Source: Bacteroidales bacterium (GTDB lineage Bacteria > Bacteroidota > Bacteroidia > Bacteroidales > B39-G9). Taken from it: a stretch of DNA of 64,000 nucleotides. A model generated the notes under the pieces. It did no database searches. It was given only the letters and a program-made list of their open reading frames with translations, and was not told the DNA's origin. The position numbers and the translations under genes were made by a program. The stretch spans positions 687 through 64,686 of the forward strand of contig JAGLWK010000168.1 in assembly GCA_023133485.1 (NCBI GenBank), given 5' to 3'. This document shows, one piece after another, positions 26,135-35,327 of the stretch (position 1 is its first letter; each line of letters starts with the position of its first letter).

Positions 26135-27337
26135 TTATTTATTTAAAAAAGATACTGCTATCCATGCCATTAGTCCCATTCCTGTACAAAGTGCATTTTC
26201 ATCAATATTAAAAGTAGAAGTATGCAAATGTGATATTTTATTATTACCGGCAGTTCCTAAACGATAAAATGTTGAAGGATATTTTTGAGCAAAATAAGCA
26301 AAATCTTCGGCTGTCATTCTTATTTCCATATCTTCAACATTTTCTTTTCCTAAATACTGCTCGGCAAATGATTTTGCCTGTTCTGTTACAAGCTCATTGT
26401 TCTTAAGAAAGGGATAACCTTTAACAATTTTCACTTCACATTTTCCTCCCATACCTTCGGCAATTGACTTTGCGATTTTTTCAATTTTCAGATGTGCTTC
26501 TTTTCGCCATTCTTCATCCATGGTGCGAAATGTGCCATCAATTTTAACTTTATTCGGGATTACATTTGTTGCACCATTTGCTTCAACTCTTCCAAATGAT
26601 AAAACTGTAGGAATTGATGCTTGTGCATTTCGACTTACAATTTGTTGAAGTGCTACAATAATTTGCGAAGCTATTAACACTGTATCGGTTACCTTATCTG
26701 TTATTGCTGCATGTCCGCCCTTTCCTGAAACGGTTAAATAAATTTCATCAGATGAAGCCATATACATTCCTTTTCGGAAACCTGCTTTTCCCGATTTCAT
26801 TGTTGGTAAAACATGTTGTCCTATCACAATATCGGGTTCAGAATCTTTTAAAGTTCCCTCATCAAGCATTAGCAATGCACCACCCGGCAGTAATTCCTCT
26901 CCGGGTTGGAAAATCAATTTAACTGTTCCTTCAAATTTATCTTTAAGAATATTCAGTATCTTTGCAGTTCCTAACAATGAAGCTGTATGTGCATCATGTC
27001 CGCATGCATGCATTGTTTTATTTACAGATTTATAGGGTATTTCGTTTTCTTCAATTATTGGTAAAGCATCCATATCGGCTCGTAAAGCTATTATTTTTTT
27101 ATCAGGATTTTTTCCTTTAATTGTAGCAATAATTCCTGTCTTAACATATTCATTTTTATAAGAAACATTATATTCATCAAGTTTTGAACAAATAAACTCT
27201 GATGTTTCAAATTCATTGAACGAAAGCTCAGGATTTTGATGAATATGCCTTCTTATTGAAATTATTTCTTTATGAAAATTTTCAGAAAGTTCTTTTATTT
27301 GGTTAATTAATTCCATACTGATATAAATTTGATTCAA
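26135..27337 (-). CDS. M20-family amidohydrolase (N-acyl-amino-acid amidohydrolase / hippurate hydrolase type)
   Basis: IRRHIHQNPELSFNEFETSEFI, ALRADMDALPI, HACGHDAH and FQPGEE are metal-binding signatures of the M20D subfamily. Confidence 0.85.
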   Translation of the reverse strand: MNQIYISMELINQIKELSENFHKEIISIRRHIHQNPELSFNEFETSEFICSKLDEYNVSYKNEYVKTGIIATIKGKNPDKKIIALRADMDALPIIEENEIPYKSVNKTMHACGHDAHTASLLGTAKILNILKDKFEGTVKLIFQPGEELLPGGALLMLDEGTLKDSEPDIVIGQHVLPTMKSGKAGFRKGMYMASSDEIYLTVSGKGGHAAITDKVTDTVLIASQIIVALQQIVSRNAQASIPTVLSFGRVEANGATNVIPNKVKIDGTFRTMDEEWRKEAHLKIEKIAKSIAEGMGGKCEVKIVKGYPFLKNNELVTEQAKSFAEQYLGKENVEDMEIRMTAEDFAYFAQKYPSTFYRLGTAGNNKISHLHTSTFNIDENALCTGMGLMAWIAVSFLNK

Positions 27338-27515
27338 GTTACATTTGTGATAATGATAGTAGTACTAATTAGTGCCTATCTATAATATCATAAGTTTTAT
27401 ATAACCAAACCCTCGGGGTTTTACTAATCAATTGAAAATAAATATTTTACAATTTATATTTATATATTTTTATTAAACCCCGAGGGTTTTTGTCAACTTT
27501 ATGGATTGATCCTAA

Positions 27516-30500
27516 TTAAAAATCCAGACTTAATGATATATAAAACATTTTGTTTTTTGCTTCGTTTTTTTCAATTCCCCATGCCCAGTCGGCACGTATA
27601 AAATATCCCAGGAGCTTGCTTCTTAACCCAAATCCGTATCCGGCAACAAACGGGTCTTTATTTTTATCAATAATTACTGTTAAATTTCCAAGTACAACCT
27701 CTTCAAAATTATAAGCATTTCTATTAGCATATGGCGACCAGCCTGTCCATGCACTACCTGCATCAAAAAATCCGACAAACATCAGGTTTGCTAAAAAATC
27801 ACTATTTATCGGGCGATTTGCAAAATAACGGATAAAAGGCCATCTAATTTCACTATTAATAAGAGCAAAACTGTTTCCGTTTCTTACATTTTGTGAAAAT
27901 CCACGCATATTTGTTGCTACAGTCTGGTAAACATAATTTTTTGTCCTGTCAATATCAATATCATTGTTAAAAGTTGGAACTTTGGCAGATAAATTAATCC
28001 AATTATCAGTACTACCAAGATAATATATTAATAAACTATTACCGAACGAAGTAGAAGTAGCAAAACGATTTGCCCAAATTAAACAACGGTGAATTCTTTG
28101 ATAATTTCTTACATCAGTACCTATGACATATAAATTCTGATTTAATTCTTTATCTATTTGTTTATAATATTCTCCAAAAACTTTCATTCTTGTTCCGTCA
28201 AATAAATTTAATCCCAATGATTTTGTATTATCATAAACATATTCCATTTTTATTCCTGCCCATATTCCTAATAAATTATCCCTTCCAAGATTTTTATAAT
28301 CGGTTGACAAAAATACTGTCCTGTCATATCTTAGACTTGTTGTTAATCTTAAAGAAGAAACCTGGTCAATAGGATATTTTAATAAAAACATTAACTGTTG
28401 GGCATGGGTTTTTGCTAAAAAATCTTGTCCATAATTTTCATAAGCCTGCCTGTGAAATATATATTGTTTATCAAATCTGTTTTTAAGGTTTTCAACACTG
28501 ATAAGATATTCGTTACTATTAAAATTACCTGAAAATCTAAATCCGGCAGTTATTTTATAATCTTCGAAAAGGTCTGTTGCCCCGATTTTTGAATACACAT
28601 TAAATCCGGGATTAAAATATACAGCACCTCCTGTAAAAACCTGGTATGATTCGTTTAAAAATCCAAAATCAATCTGATTTACAACATAGTTTGTGTAAAA
28701 ATTAGTAAAATAGACCATTTGCCTTGGAAATTTAGGTTCCTCTTTTTCTTTATCACTTAAATAAAGTGAGGTGTCAATATAATTTAGCTCTGAATAATAT
28801 TCACCTTTTTTTTCAATTTCGAAAACATAATTATTTATATCTATATCTGTTATGGATTTATCATAAATCATTATAGGTTTGGGTGAAATAATTATACTAT
28901 CAATTTTTGGGGTTTCAGCTATTAATTTATGTTCTTCTGATATACTGTCATTTTCTTCAATTTTCAATTTTTCAGTTAGTTTTTTTCTGAATTCAGAATT
29001 TTTATAATCACCGTAATAAATATTTTTATCTGTTCTTAATTCATTAAAATACATTGAGTATTTACCATTATAATACAATATTTCAGCATAATTATTTGTA
29101 TTTATATTTATATCTTGTTCATTAATATTTCGTGAATAATTAGTCAAAGGAAAATTTTTTGTAACATACCTGTAATGAATACTTGTATCTACAAAACTAA
29201 TAGTGCTGTCATAAGCAAGGAGGTGTCTGTTAATAATACCATTTTCGTCACTTAAATAGATATAATTGAATTTAGAAGCCCCATAAGGATATTTATCTGT
29301 AACATAGGGAGTTTCAGACAATCGTGCAAGTTTTTTTGATTTGCTTTTATAATCATAAACGAAAATATCGTATGTGTTTTGTGTTTCAAAATGTTCTTTC
29401 TTTTCGAAAATTATAGAATCAGTTTTTCTGTTTGAACTAAAAATAATTTTATAAGAATTCGCTGCATCTTCATCAGGTAAATTAATAAATCGTGGATTTA
29501 TATCGTCTGCCAAATCTTTTGTAATTTGTCGATTAGCATTTGCAGCAATAGAATGAATAAAAATATCAGTTTGCCCGTTTTTTATTCCTGAAAATACCAT
29601 TTCTGAACCATCGGGCGAATAATTAAAGTCTAATATTTTTTCAATATAAAATAATTCCCTTGTTTGAAGTTTTTTGGTTTCCATTATATAATACGTAAGT
29701 AATATTTTACCTTTTCTTTCGGTAATTATCGCTAGTATTTCACCTGAAGGATGCCATGCAAGTATAGGATAGGAATAATCAGTGATTTGTTCTAATTTAT
29801 GTTCCCGTTTAAAGATTTTTTTTATTTTTTTTGTTTGTGTATCGTAAAGCCAGACTTTATACTGTCCGTTTTCATTTGTAGTAAAAGCAATAAAATTTGA
29901 GTTTGGACTTATTTTTATTTGTTGATAAACCCTGCGTTTTTTCGATCTTTTAAGAATTGGTGTCTCTTCAGGTAAATTACATATATTATCTGTTTCTTCG
30001 TACTTTGATTTGCAATATATCAACCATTCATCGGTTAGTTCTTTTAATGGGACACCAAGCACATAAAGAAATCCATTATCAATGTTTTTACTTATTCTTG
30101 TTAAATATAATATATTTGGAATTACTCCTTCGCCATAAATGTCAGTAATATATTTCCAAATTGCATGTCCGGCATAAACAGCTTCTTTACCTTCAAGGCG
30201 GTTAAATTTTTTATATCTCCCTGATAATACCGCATCTTTAATATGATTTTCAATATTAATATCATATTTATTTGATACAAAAGATATTAAACCTTTCACA
30301 TACCAATCAGGCAAATTTAATAAGGTTGAACTTGCCATTTTGTCTTTAATGTCGCTGCCATATAACATCTCATTTAATAAAACTTCTGTAATTGAAGCAT
30401 CTATTTGCCTTTCAAGTTTTCTATGATCTCCTTCGTAATATAAAAAAACTTTATTATTCACAATATTTGTTAATCCACCAATATTGTACTGGTCTTTACC

Positions 30501-30848
30501 TGTAATTAAACCAATATTGCTTTGCCTAAAATCGGAATGTTTGTTATAAACGATAAATACAATTCTTTTATCAAGCGAATACTCAAAAAAGTATTCAATT
30601 TCGATAATTTTTTTGTTGGCATATTTACCACAATATTTAGCCAGTTCGCTTCCGCCAACATAAAAATAAGTGTCAAGTTTTTTATAACGAAAATATTGCC
30701 AGTAAAAATCAATATATTGAACTCTGTTCTTGCCAAAATCCATCTTAAGTCCGTTATAAAATTGTCCTTTTAATGGAGTATTTAGGATAAAAAACAAAAC
30801 CAAAATAAAAAAGGCTGAATTGTATGATATTTTATTTTTTTTGGTCAA
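27516..30848 (-). CDS. Large outer-membrane protein: TolB/PD40-like beta-propeller repeats plus a C-terminal Omp85/BamA-like barrel
   Basis: PD40-like repeats include ISPNSNFIAFTTNENGQYKVWLYD, WHPSGEILAIITERKGK and YSPDGSEMVFSGIKNGQTDIFIHS. The C-terminal barrel ends ...GYGFGLRSKLLGYFIRADWAWGI...MFYISLSLDF. Confidence 0.55.
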   Translation of the reverse strand: MTKKNKISYNSAFFILVLFFILNTPLKGQFYNGLKMDFGKNRVQYIDFYWQYFRYKKLDTYFYVGGSELAKYCGKYANKKIIEIEYFFEYSLDKRIVFIVYNKHSDFRQSNIGLITGKDQYNIGGLTNIVNNKVFLYYEGDHRKLERQIDASITEVLLNEMLYGSDIKDKMASSTLLNLPDWYVKGLISFVSNKYDINIENHIKDAVLSGRYKKFNRLEGKEAVYAGHAIWKYITDIYGEGVIPNILYLTRISKNIDNGFLYVLGVPLKELTDEWLIYCKSKYEETDNICNLPEETPILKRSKKRRVYQQIKISPNSNFIAFTTNENGQYKVWLYDTQTKKIKKIFKREHKLEQITDYSYPILAWHPSGEILAIITERKGKILLTYYIMETKKLQTRELFYIEKILDFNYSPDGSEMVFSGIKNGQTDIFIHSIAANANRQITKDLADDINPRFINLPDEDAANSYKIIFSSNRKTDSIIFEKKEHFETQNTYDIFVYDYKSKSKKLARLSETPYVTDKYPYGASKFNYIYLSDENGIINRHLLAYDSTISFVDTSIHYRYVTKNFPLTNYSRNINEQDININTNNYAEILYYNGKYSMYFNELRTDKNIYYGDYKNSEFRKKLTEKLKIEENDSISEEHKLIAETPKIDSIIISPKPIMIYDKSITDIDINNYVFEIEKKGEYYSELNYIDTSLYLSDKEKEEPKFPRQMVYFTNFYTNYVVNQIDFGFLNESYQVFTGGAVYFNPGFNVYSKIGATDLFEDYKITAGFRFSGNFNSNEYLISVENLKNRFDKQYIFHRQAYENYGQDFLAKTHAQQLMFLLKYPIDQVSSLRLTTSLRYDRTVFLSTDYKNLGRDNLLGIWAGIKMEYVYDNTKSLGLNLFDGTRMKVFGEYYKQIDKELNQNLYVIGTDVRNYQRIHRCLIWANRFATSTSFGNSLLIYYLGSTDNWINLSAKVPTFNNDIDIDRTKNYVYQTVATNMRGFSQNVRNGNSFALINSEIRWPFIRYFANRPINSDFLANLMFVGFFDAGSAWTGWSPYANRNAYNFEEVVLGNLTVIIDKNKDPFVAGYGFGLRSKLLGYFIRADWAWGIEKNEAKNKMFYISLSLDF

Positions 30849-30946
30849 TTATTTCTATTATTAAAAATTCAAAATTAGTTATTATAATCAGTGTTAACAA
30901 AAATGCTTTTAAAATTTGCTATTAATTAGTGCTTGTTCATAAAGTA

Positions 30947-31073
30947 CGTCATTGCGAACGTAGTGAAGCAACTTTTCTCATGACTGAAAGGAGTAATCTT
31001 GTTATCAATGTATTGAATATCAGATTGCCTGCCTACCGTCAGGCAGGCTTCGTCGTTCCTCCTCGCAATGACG
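30947..31073. mobile_element. Palindromic element with CGTCATTGCGA / TCGCAATGACG termini; the 'empty' reference copy
   Basis: The termini are cgtcattgcga (30947-30957) and tcgcaatgacg (31063-31073). It contains the intact palindrome cctgcctaccgtcaggcagg (31028-31047), which is interrupted by a MITE in the copy at 2531-2819. Confidence 0.65.
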
Positions 31074-31102
31074 ACTAAAAGTATGGACATTATAGACAAG
31101 CT

Positions 31103-31846
31103 CTAATTAACATTTCTTTGTCTTAATACTTCATATAAAATTATTCCTGCAGCTACTGAAACATTTAGTGATTCAATATTACCAAAAATTGGTATTTTTA
31201 CCAACATATCGCTTAAGTCTAATAATTCTTTTTTTATACCTTTATCTTCAGCTCCCATGATAATAGCTAAGGGAAGATTAAAGTCTGCTGAATAAATAAT
31301 TTTATCAGATTTTTCGGTAGCTGCACAAATTTGAATGCCGCAATTTTTTAAAAATGATATTGTGGTTTTCAGATTATTGCTTTTGCAAATTGGCATATTA
31401 TTTAATGCACCTGCTGAAGTTTTCATTGAATCAGAATTAATTTGTGCAGAGCCTTTTGTTGAAATAATAATACCATTAACTGCTGCACATTCCGCTGTAC
31501 GAACAATTGCTCCGAAGTTTCGCACATCTGATATACTATCAAGAATAAGAAATAACGGAACTTCACCTTTCTCATATACTTGCGGAACTAGATTTTCTAT
31601 ATTACAAAATATTACAGGTGAAATAAAAGCAATTATTCCCTGATGGTTTTTTCGTGTAATACGGTTTAATTTTTCAACAGGTACAAACTGAAAAGGAATA
31701 TTTAGTTCTTTTATTGTAACAAAAAGTTTGTTAAATAATTCTCCCCTTAACCCGTTTTTAATAAATACTTTTTCAATTTCCTTAGCGGCTTTGATGGTTT
31801 CTTCTACTGCACGTATTCCAAAACAAATTTCTGATGTTGACTTCAC
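31103..31846 (-). CDS. rlmB: 23S rRNA (guanosine-2'-O)-methyltransferase RlmB (SpoU/TrmH family)
   Basis: The N-terminus GIRAVEETIKA fits a SpoU substrate-binding domain. LDSISDVRNFGAIVRTAECAAVNGIII, IIMGAEDKGI and LNVSVAAGIILYE are SpoU motifs 1-3. The start codon is GTG (31846-31844). Confidence 0.8.
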   Translation of the reverse strand: MKSTSEICFGIRAVEETIKAAKEIEKVFIKNGLRGELFNKLFVTIKELNIPFQFVPVEKLNRITRKNHQGIIAFISPVIFCNIENLVPQVYEKGEVPLFLILDSISDVRNFGAIVRTAECAAVNGIIISTKGSAQINSDSMKTSAGALNNMPICKSNNLKTTISFLKNCGIQICAATEKSDKIIYSADFNLPLAIIMGAEDKGIKKELLDLSDMLVKIPIFGNIESLNVSVAAGIILYEVLRQRNVN

Positions 31847-31854
31847 TTCTATTA

Positions 31855-31966
31855 TTGTTTTTTGTTTGTTGTTTGTTGTTTGTTGTTTGTTGTTTGTTGT
31901 TTGTTGTTTGTCGTTTGCTGGCTACTGTCTACTGCCTACTGATGACTGCTGACTGCCTACTGTTAT
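31855..31966. repeat. Sixteen consecutive 7 bp units: (TTGTTTG)x7-8, then CTGNCTA/CTGNTGA variants
   Basis: ttgtttt, then ttgtttg x7 (31862-31910), then tcgtttg ctggcta ctgtcta ctgccta ctgatga ctgctga ctgccta ctgttat. It fills nearly the whole gap between the GWxTD stop (31972) and the rlmB GTG start (31846). Confidence 0.85.
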
Positions 31967-31971
31967 TTTAG

Positions 31972-33261
31972 CTATTCATTTTCCACTGAAAATGCCTGAC
32001 CGTTTCTCCATGAATCAACAGCATTGAACCATAATCTGTCATAAAAATCTGATCTTAACAGAATATAATCATTATTTTCAAATTCACTTGATGTTTTATA
32101 AAACACAAATTCTAATGATTTCGAACTTGATTTTCTACCATAACTCCATGTTTCAGATTCATTATTAACAAAAATAGTTGTTGGTGTTCCGAATATTGTA
32201 TATATCATGCCTCTATCGGTTTTCCAACCTTCTTTATATGAAGTAAAATAGTAATTTGCAAGCTGGGCACGATTATAATATACTCTTATTAATTCCTTTG
32301 CTCTATCAACATTTCCTGATGTTTTTAACCAAAAACTATCAACTGCCAATTTTGGATCATCATAATTTAAAAGATTTTTGTATTCTTTATAAGAAGTTAA
32401 ATAAATTAGTGGTTTAACGAGCTGTTCAGGCGTTTTAAACCTTGGATAATGTTTATTAAAACTATATAAAGTAAAATATGAAGTATCACTAGAATTTATT
32501 TTAATATTATAAATACCTTGATTTTTTAATTTTAAATTGAATCTATTATCTTTTTCCATAATCCACAAACTATCAGGATTTAATTTAACCACTTTTTCAG
32601 AACTTGAAGAAAATGGAGGTTTTGCAGGAGGAAATTTGAAATTATAATAATATACATATAATTGTTGAATGCTTTTATCATTATGAATAATTAATAATTC
32701 TGCATCATCAGTAAAATATCTGCGAAAAACAGGTTTATTATCTTTAACAGATGTTATTAAATAATTTTGTGAAGTATTATTTTTTGATTTATCAATATCA
32801 ATAAATGTGTGATGAGAAACATTCCCGAATAAATCAGTAGTTTTGATATCAAGAATATACTTTTCTCCTTTTAATGTTTTTATAGTAGAATAAGTTGTTA
32901 TGTCTTTAATAAAAGCATTTTCTTTTAAATTTATTATAGTTGTAGAACTATCTTTAATTAACTCATCTTCAATCGAAGGGTATAGTACATAAAATATACT
33001 GATTTTTGCTTCAGAAATATTTGTTTGTTGGTTATTTTTAAATAAAAGTTCCGATAATAAAATTTTAATAAACAGTTGTGATGTAGTATCGGAATTATGA
33101 TATATAAAATATTCGGGATGAATAAGAGTTGTTCCGGGATTATACATATATGATAAGTCTCTGTTACTTATGGTTTTTTTTTGTACAAAACATGACTTAA
33201 ATAATATAAATACAGAAAGTACAAGTAGTAGATAAATTAATTTATAATTTAATTTCATCAT
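31972..33261 (-). CDS. GWxTD domain protein
   Basis: YKEGWKTDRGMIYTIFGTPTTIFVNNESETWSY contains the family-defining GWxTD motif. A signal peptide is present. Confidence 0.8.
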   Translation of the reverse strand: MMKLNYKLIYLLLVLSVFILFKSCFVQKKTISNRDLSYMYNPGTTLIHPEYFIYHNSDTTSQLFIKILLSELLFKNNQQTNISEAKISIFYVLYPSIEDELIKDSSTTIINLKENAFIKDITTYSTIKTLKGEKYILDIKTTDLFGNVSHHTFIDIDKSKNNTSQNYLITSVKDNKPVFRRYFTDDAELLIIHNDKSIQQLYVYYYNFKFPPAKPPFSSSSEKVVKLNPDSLWIMEKDNRFNLKLKNQGIYNIKINSSDTSYFTLYSFNKHYPRFKTPEQLVKPLIYLTSYKEYKNLLNYDDPKLAVDSFWLKTSGNVDRAKELIRVYYNRAQLANYYFTSYKEGWKTDRGMIYTIFGTPTTIFVNNESETWSYGRKSSSKSLEFVFYKTSSEFENNDYILLRSDFYDRLWFNAVDSWRNGQAFSVENE

Positions 33262-33571
33262 TTTTTTATTATAAACAATTATTTGTAACTAATCATTTTA
33301 TTTATGGTATAGATTTTATGATTGTTGCAATTTTTTTACCGCAAAGTTCGCTAAGTAATTTACGCAAAGAACGCTAAGTTGTTAAATATGTATTATTTGC
33401 GAACATTGCGATTTTCTTGGCGAACTTTGTGGTTAAGTTAAATAATTTATATTACTAAAATAGAGCATAATACAATTTGTTGTTGAAGACTGATTAACTA
33501 CAATTATTTTATCAATCTTAAATTTTTTATTGACTCTAATGTTTTGAGCTATGAGTCAGTATTATGCACTG

Positions 33572-34312
33572 TTAATTTTTAAATTGTTTAATATTTTCAA
33601 CTTGATAAACTCTGATATTCTTTTTTTCAAGTTCTTTTTCGATGTAATATTTATGGTCAATTCCAATAGCAATTAATATTTTTTTATTGGGATTCTCTTT
33701 AATTATTTTTAAGATATTATCAACAATGTGTTCATTTCTTTCCATTTCAAATTCTGTAATAAATTTATATTCAGCATTTTGAGACAATATATGATATTTG
33801 AATTCACTTTTGGCTTTCCATAGATTTGTTATATATTTTGAGTTGATTTCTTCAAAATTACTACTTTTAAAATACTCATTTAAAAGAGAAAACATACCTC
33901 CTATTAAATTAATTTCCTGAACAAGAGAAGTGTCATTAAAAGCTTTTTGCTGTAATTCCTGCCATTTTTTTCCTTTCTCATTATTCCACCAGTCAATACC
34001 ATAAATTGGTGTATTATCCTTTTGAGCTAATGGTATTAAGAACTTAATAAAATCATATGGCGTAGCTTTAAAACTTTTGTCATCCACATATTTTTGTTGC
34101 GTTTCTACACATAAAATGTCGGGTTGAAGTTGTTGATAAATTTCACCCATCTTTTTATAAGTGTAATATTTTGCTTGTTCATGAGATTGATGAATTCCAC
34201 CCAAAACAAATACTCCGCCTGTTGATTGCTGTTTAAAACATGAATTAATTAGCATAAATAACCCACCTGCTAAAATAATTATAAAATAGAATTTAGTTTT
34301 TATATGTTTCAT
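33572..34312 (-). CDS. Lipoprotein, possibly of the TraB/Tiki/erythromycin-esterase-like superfamily (DUF5694-like)
   Basis: Lipobox LINSC. GVFVLGGIHQSH...PDILCVE...IYGIDWW... resembles the GTxH...E...D pattern of TraB/Tiki-type proteins. The assignment is weak. Confidence 0.4.
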   Translation of the reverse strand: MKHIKTKFYFIIILAGGLFMLINSCFKQQSTGGVFVLGGIHQSHEQAKYYTYKKMGEIYQQLQPDILCVETQQKYVDDKSFKATPYDFIKFLIPLAQKDNTPIYGIDWWNNEKGKKWQELQQKAFNDTSLVQEINLIGGMFSLLNEYFKSSNFEEINSKYITNLWKAKSEFKYHILSQNAEYKFITEFEMERNEHIVDNILKIIKENPNKKILIAIGIDHKYYIEKELEKKNIRVYQVENIKQFKN

Positions 34313-34448
34313 TTTTTTCTGTTTTGATGGTATAACTCGTCCTAAAAAAAGTTTATTTTTTTATCCATTTTTACATTTTTTTGTGTAATCCTATTTCATG
34401 ACAAGACAGTTGGTCTTTACTGTAATTATCGTATTTATTTTTTGCCAT

Positions 34449-35302
34449 TTATGTTGTTTTTAATTCGTAAATCTTAAACCAATAGAAAAATACCTCAGGA
34501 TTAGATTTTTTTAGTTTGTTTAACTTATTGTTCAAAGGCTCATTTATTTGCCAATCTTTCATTTGTAAAGGGTTATTGTATTTTTCAATTTTAGTTGTAA
34601 TATTTTCTAATAAGGTTACAAGATAAGCTATTTTTGAAGCTTGAGCAATTGCTTTTTCAATATGATAACTTTCAGAGAAAATATAGGCTCGTATTCTTTG
34701 TATGCCTAACTGTAATTCATCAAAATTTCCTTTTCCGTCCATTCCTCTACTTGCAATACAAAGTGAAGTTTGGTAAATATCTTCTCACCCAAAATATCTT
34801 CTAAGCAAGGAATATTTACCAATAATGGTTTGTCATTCATTGGCACAAATGCAGATTGTATTGGTAATTGAATGATTTTTTGATAGTTTGCTTTTTCAAA
34901 TAATATGTCGAGCAATATATAATCTTCTGTTTTATTTGATTTGTGAATAGGTGTATAGAAGAATTTGTAATACTCTTTTTTTATAATGGAGTTTGTACTT
35001 CTGTGTTGTAATTCTTTTCGTATAAACTCTTGTTCTGTTGTTACTGTATTTAATATGTAGTCAAGATTATTGTTTTCTTTTGGTAAAATAATATCAATGT
35101 CAATTGACAATCTTTTTGTTGAATTAAAATGTAACATCAAAGCTGTTCCGCCCTTAAACACAAAAGGCAGTTTTTGTTTTACAAGACCTTCTAGTAAGAG
35201 CAAAGCACGAATAACCTTTTCTACAAGAATTTTATCCACATTTTGATTTTCCTTAGAAACCTTGTTAATCCATTCGATTGTTATTTCTTTTTGACTTATC
35301 AT
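34449..35302 (-). pseudogene. AbiEii/DUF1814-type nucleotidyltransferase toxin gene, split by a frameshift
   Basis: The N-terminal ORF (35302-34706) has LPFVFKGGTALMLHFNSTKRLSIDIDIIL, a nucleotidyltransferase GG...DxD motif. The reading frame changes near 34770-34790 (after EDILGEKI), and the C-terminal part continues in ORF 34742-34449. The two ORFs overlap by 37 nt. Confidence 0.6.
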
Positions 35303-35327
35303 GTTCTATAAATTGGCAATAAATTAA

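Noticed and set aside
31728-31952. 74 aa ORF with CCLLFVVCCLLFVVCC
   Set aside because: It is a translation of the heptanucleotide tandem repeat, and it overlaps the rlmB 5' end on the opposite strand.
34449-34742. 97 aa ORF treated as an independent gene
   Set aside because: It overlaps the preceding ORF by 37 nt in a different frame, and that ORF ends abruptly after EDILGEKI.... It is better explained as the C-terminal half of a frameshifted AbiEii-like gene.
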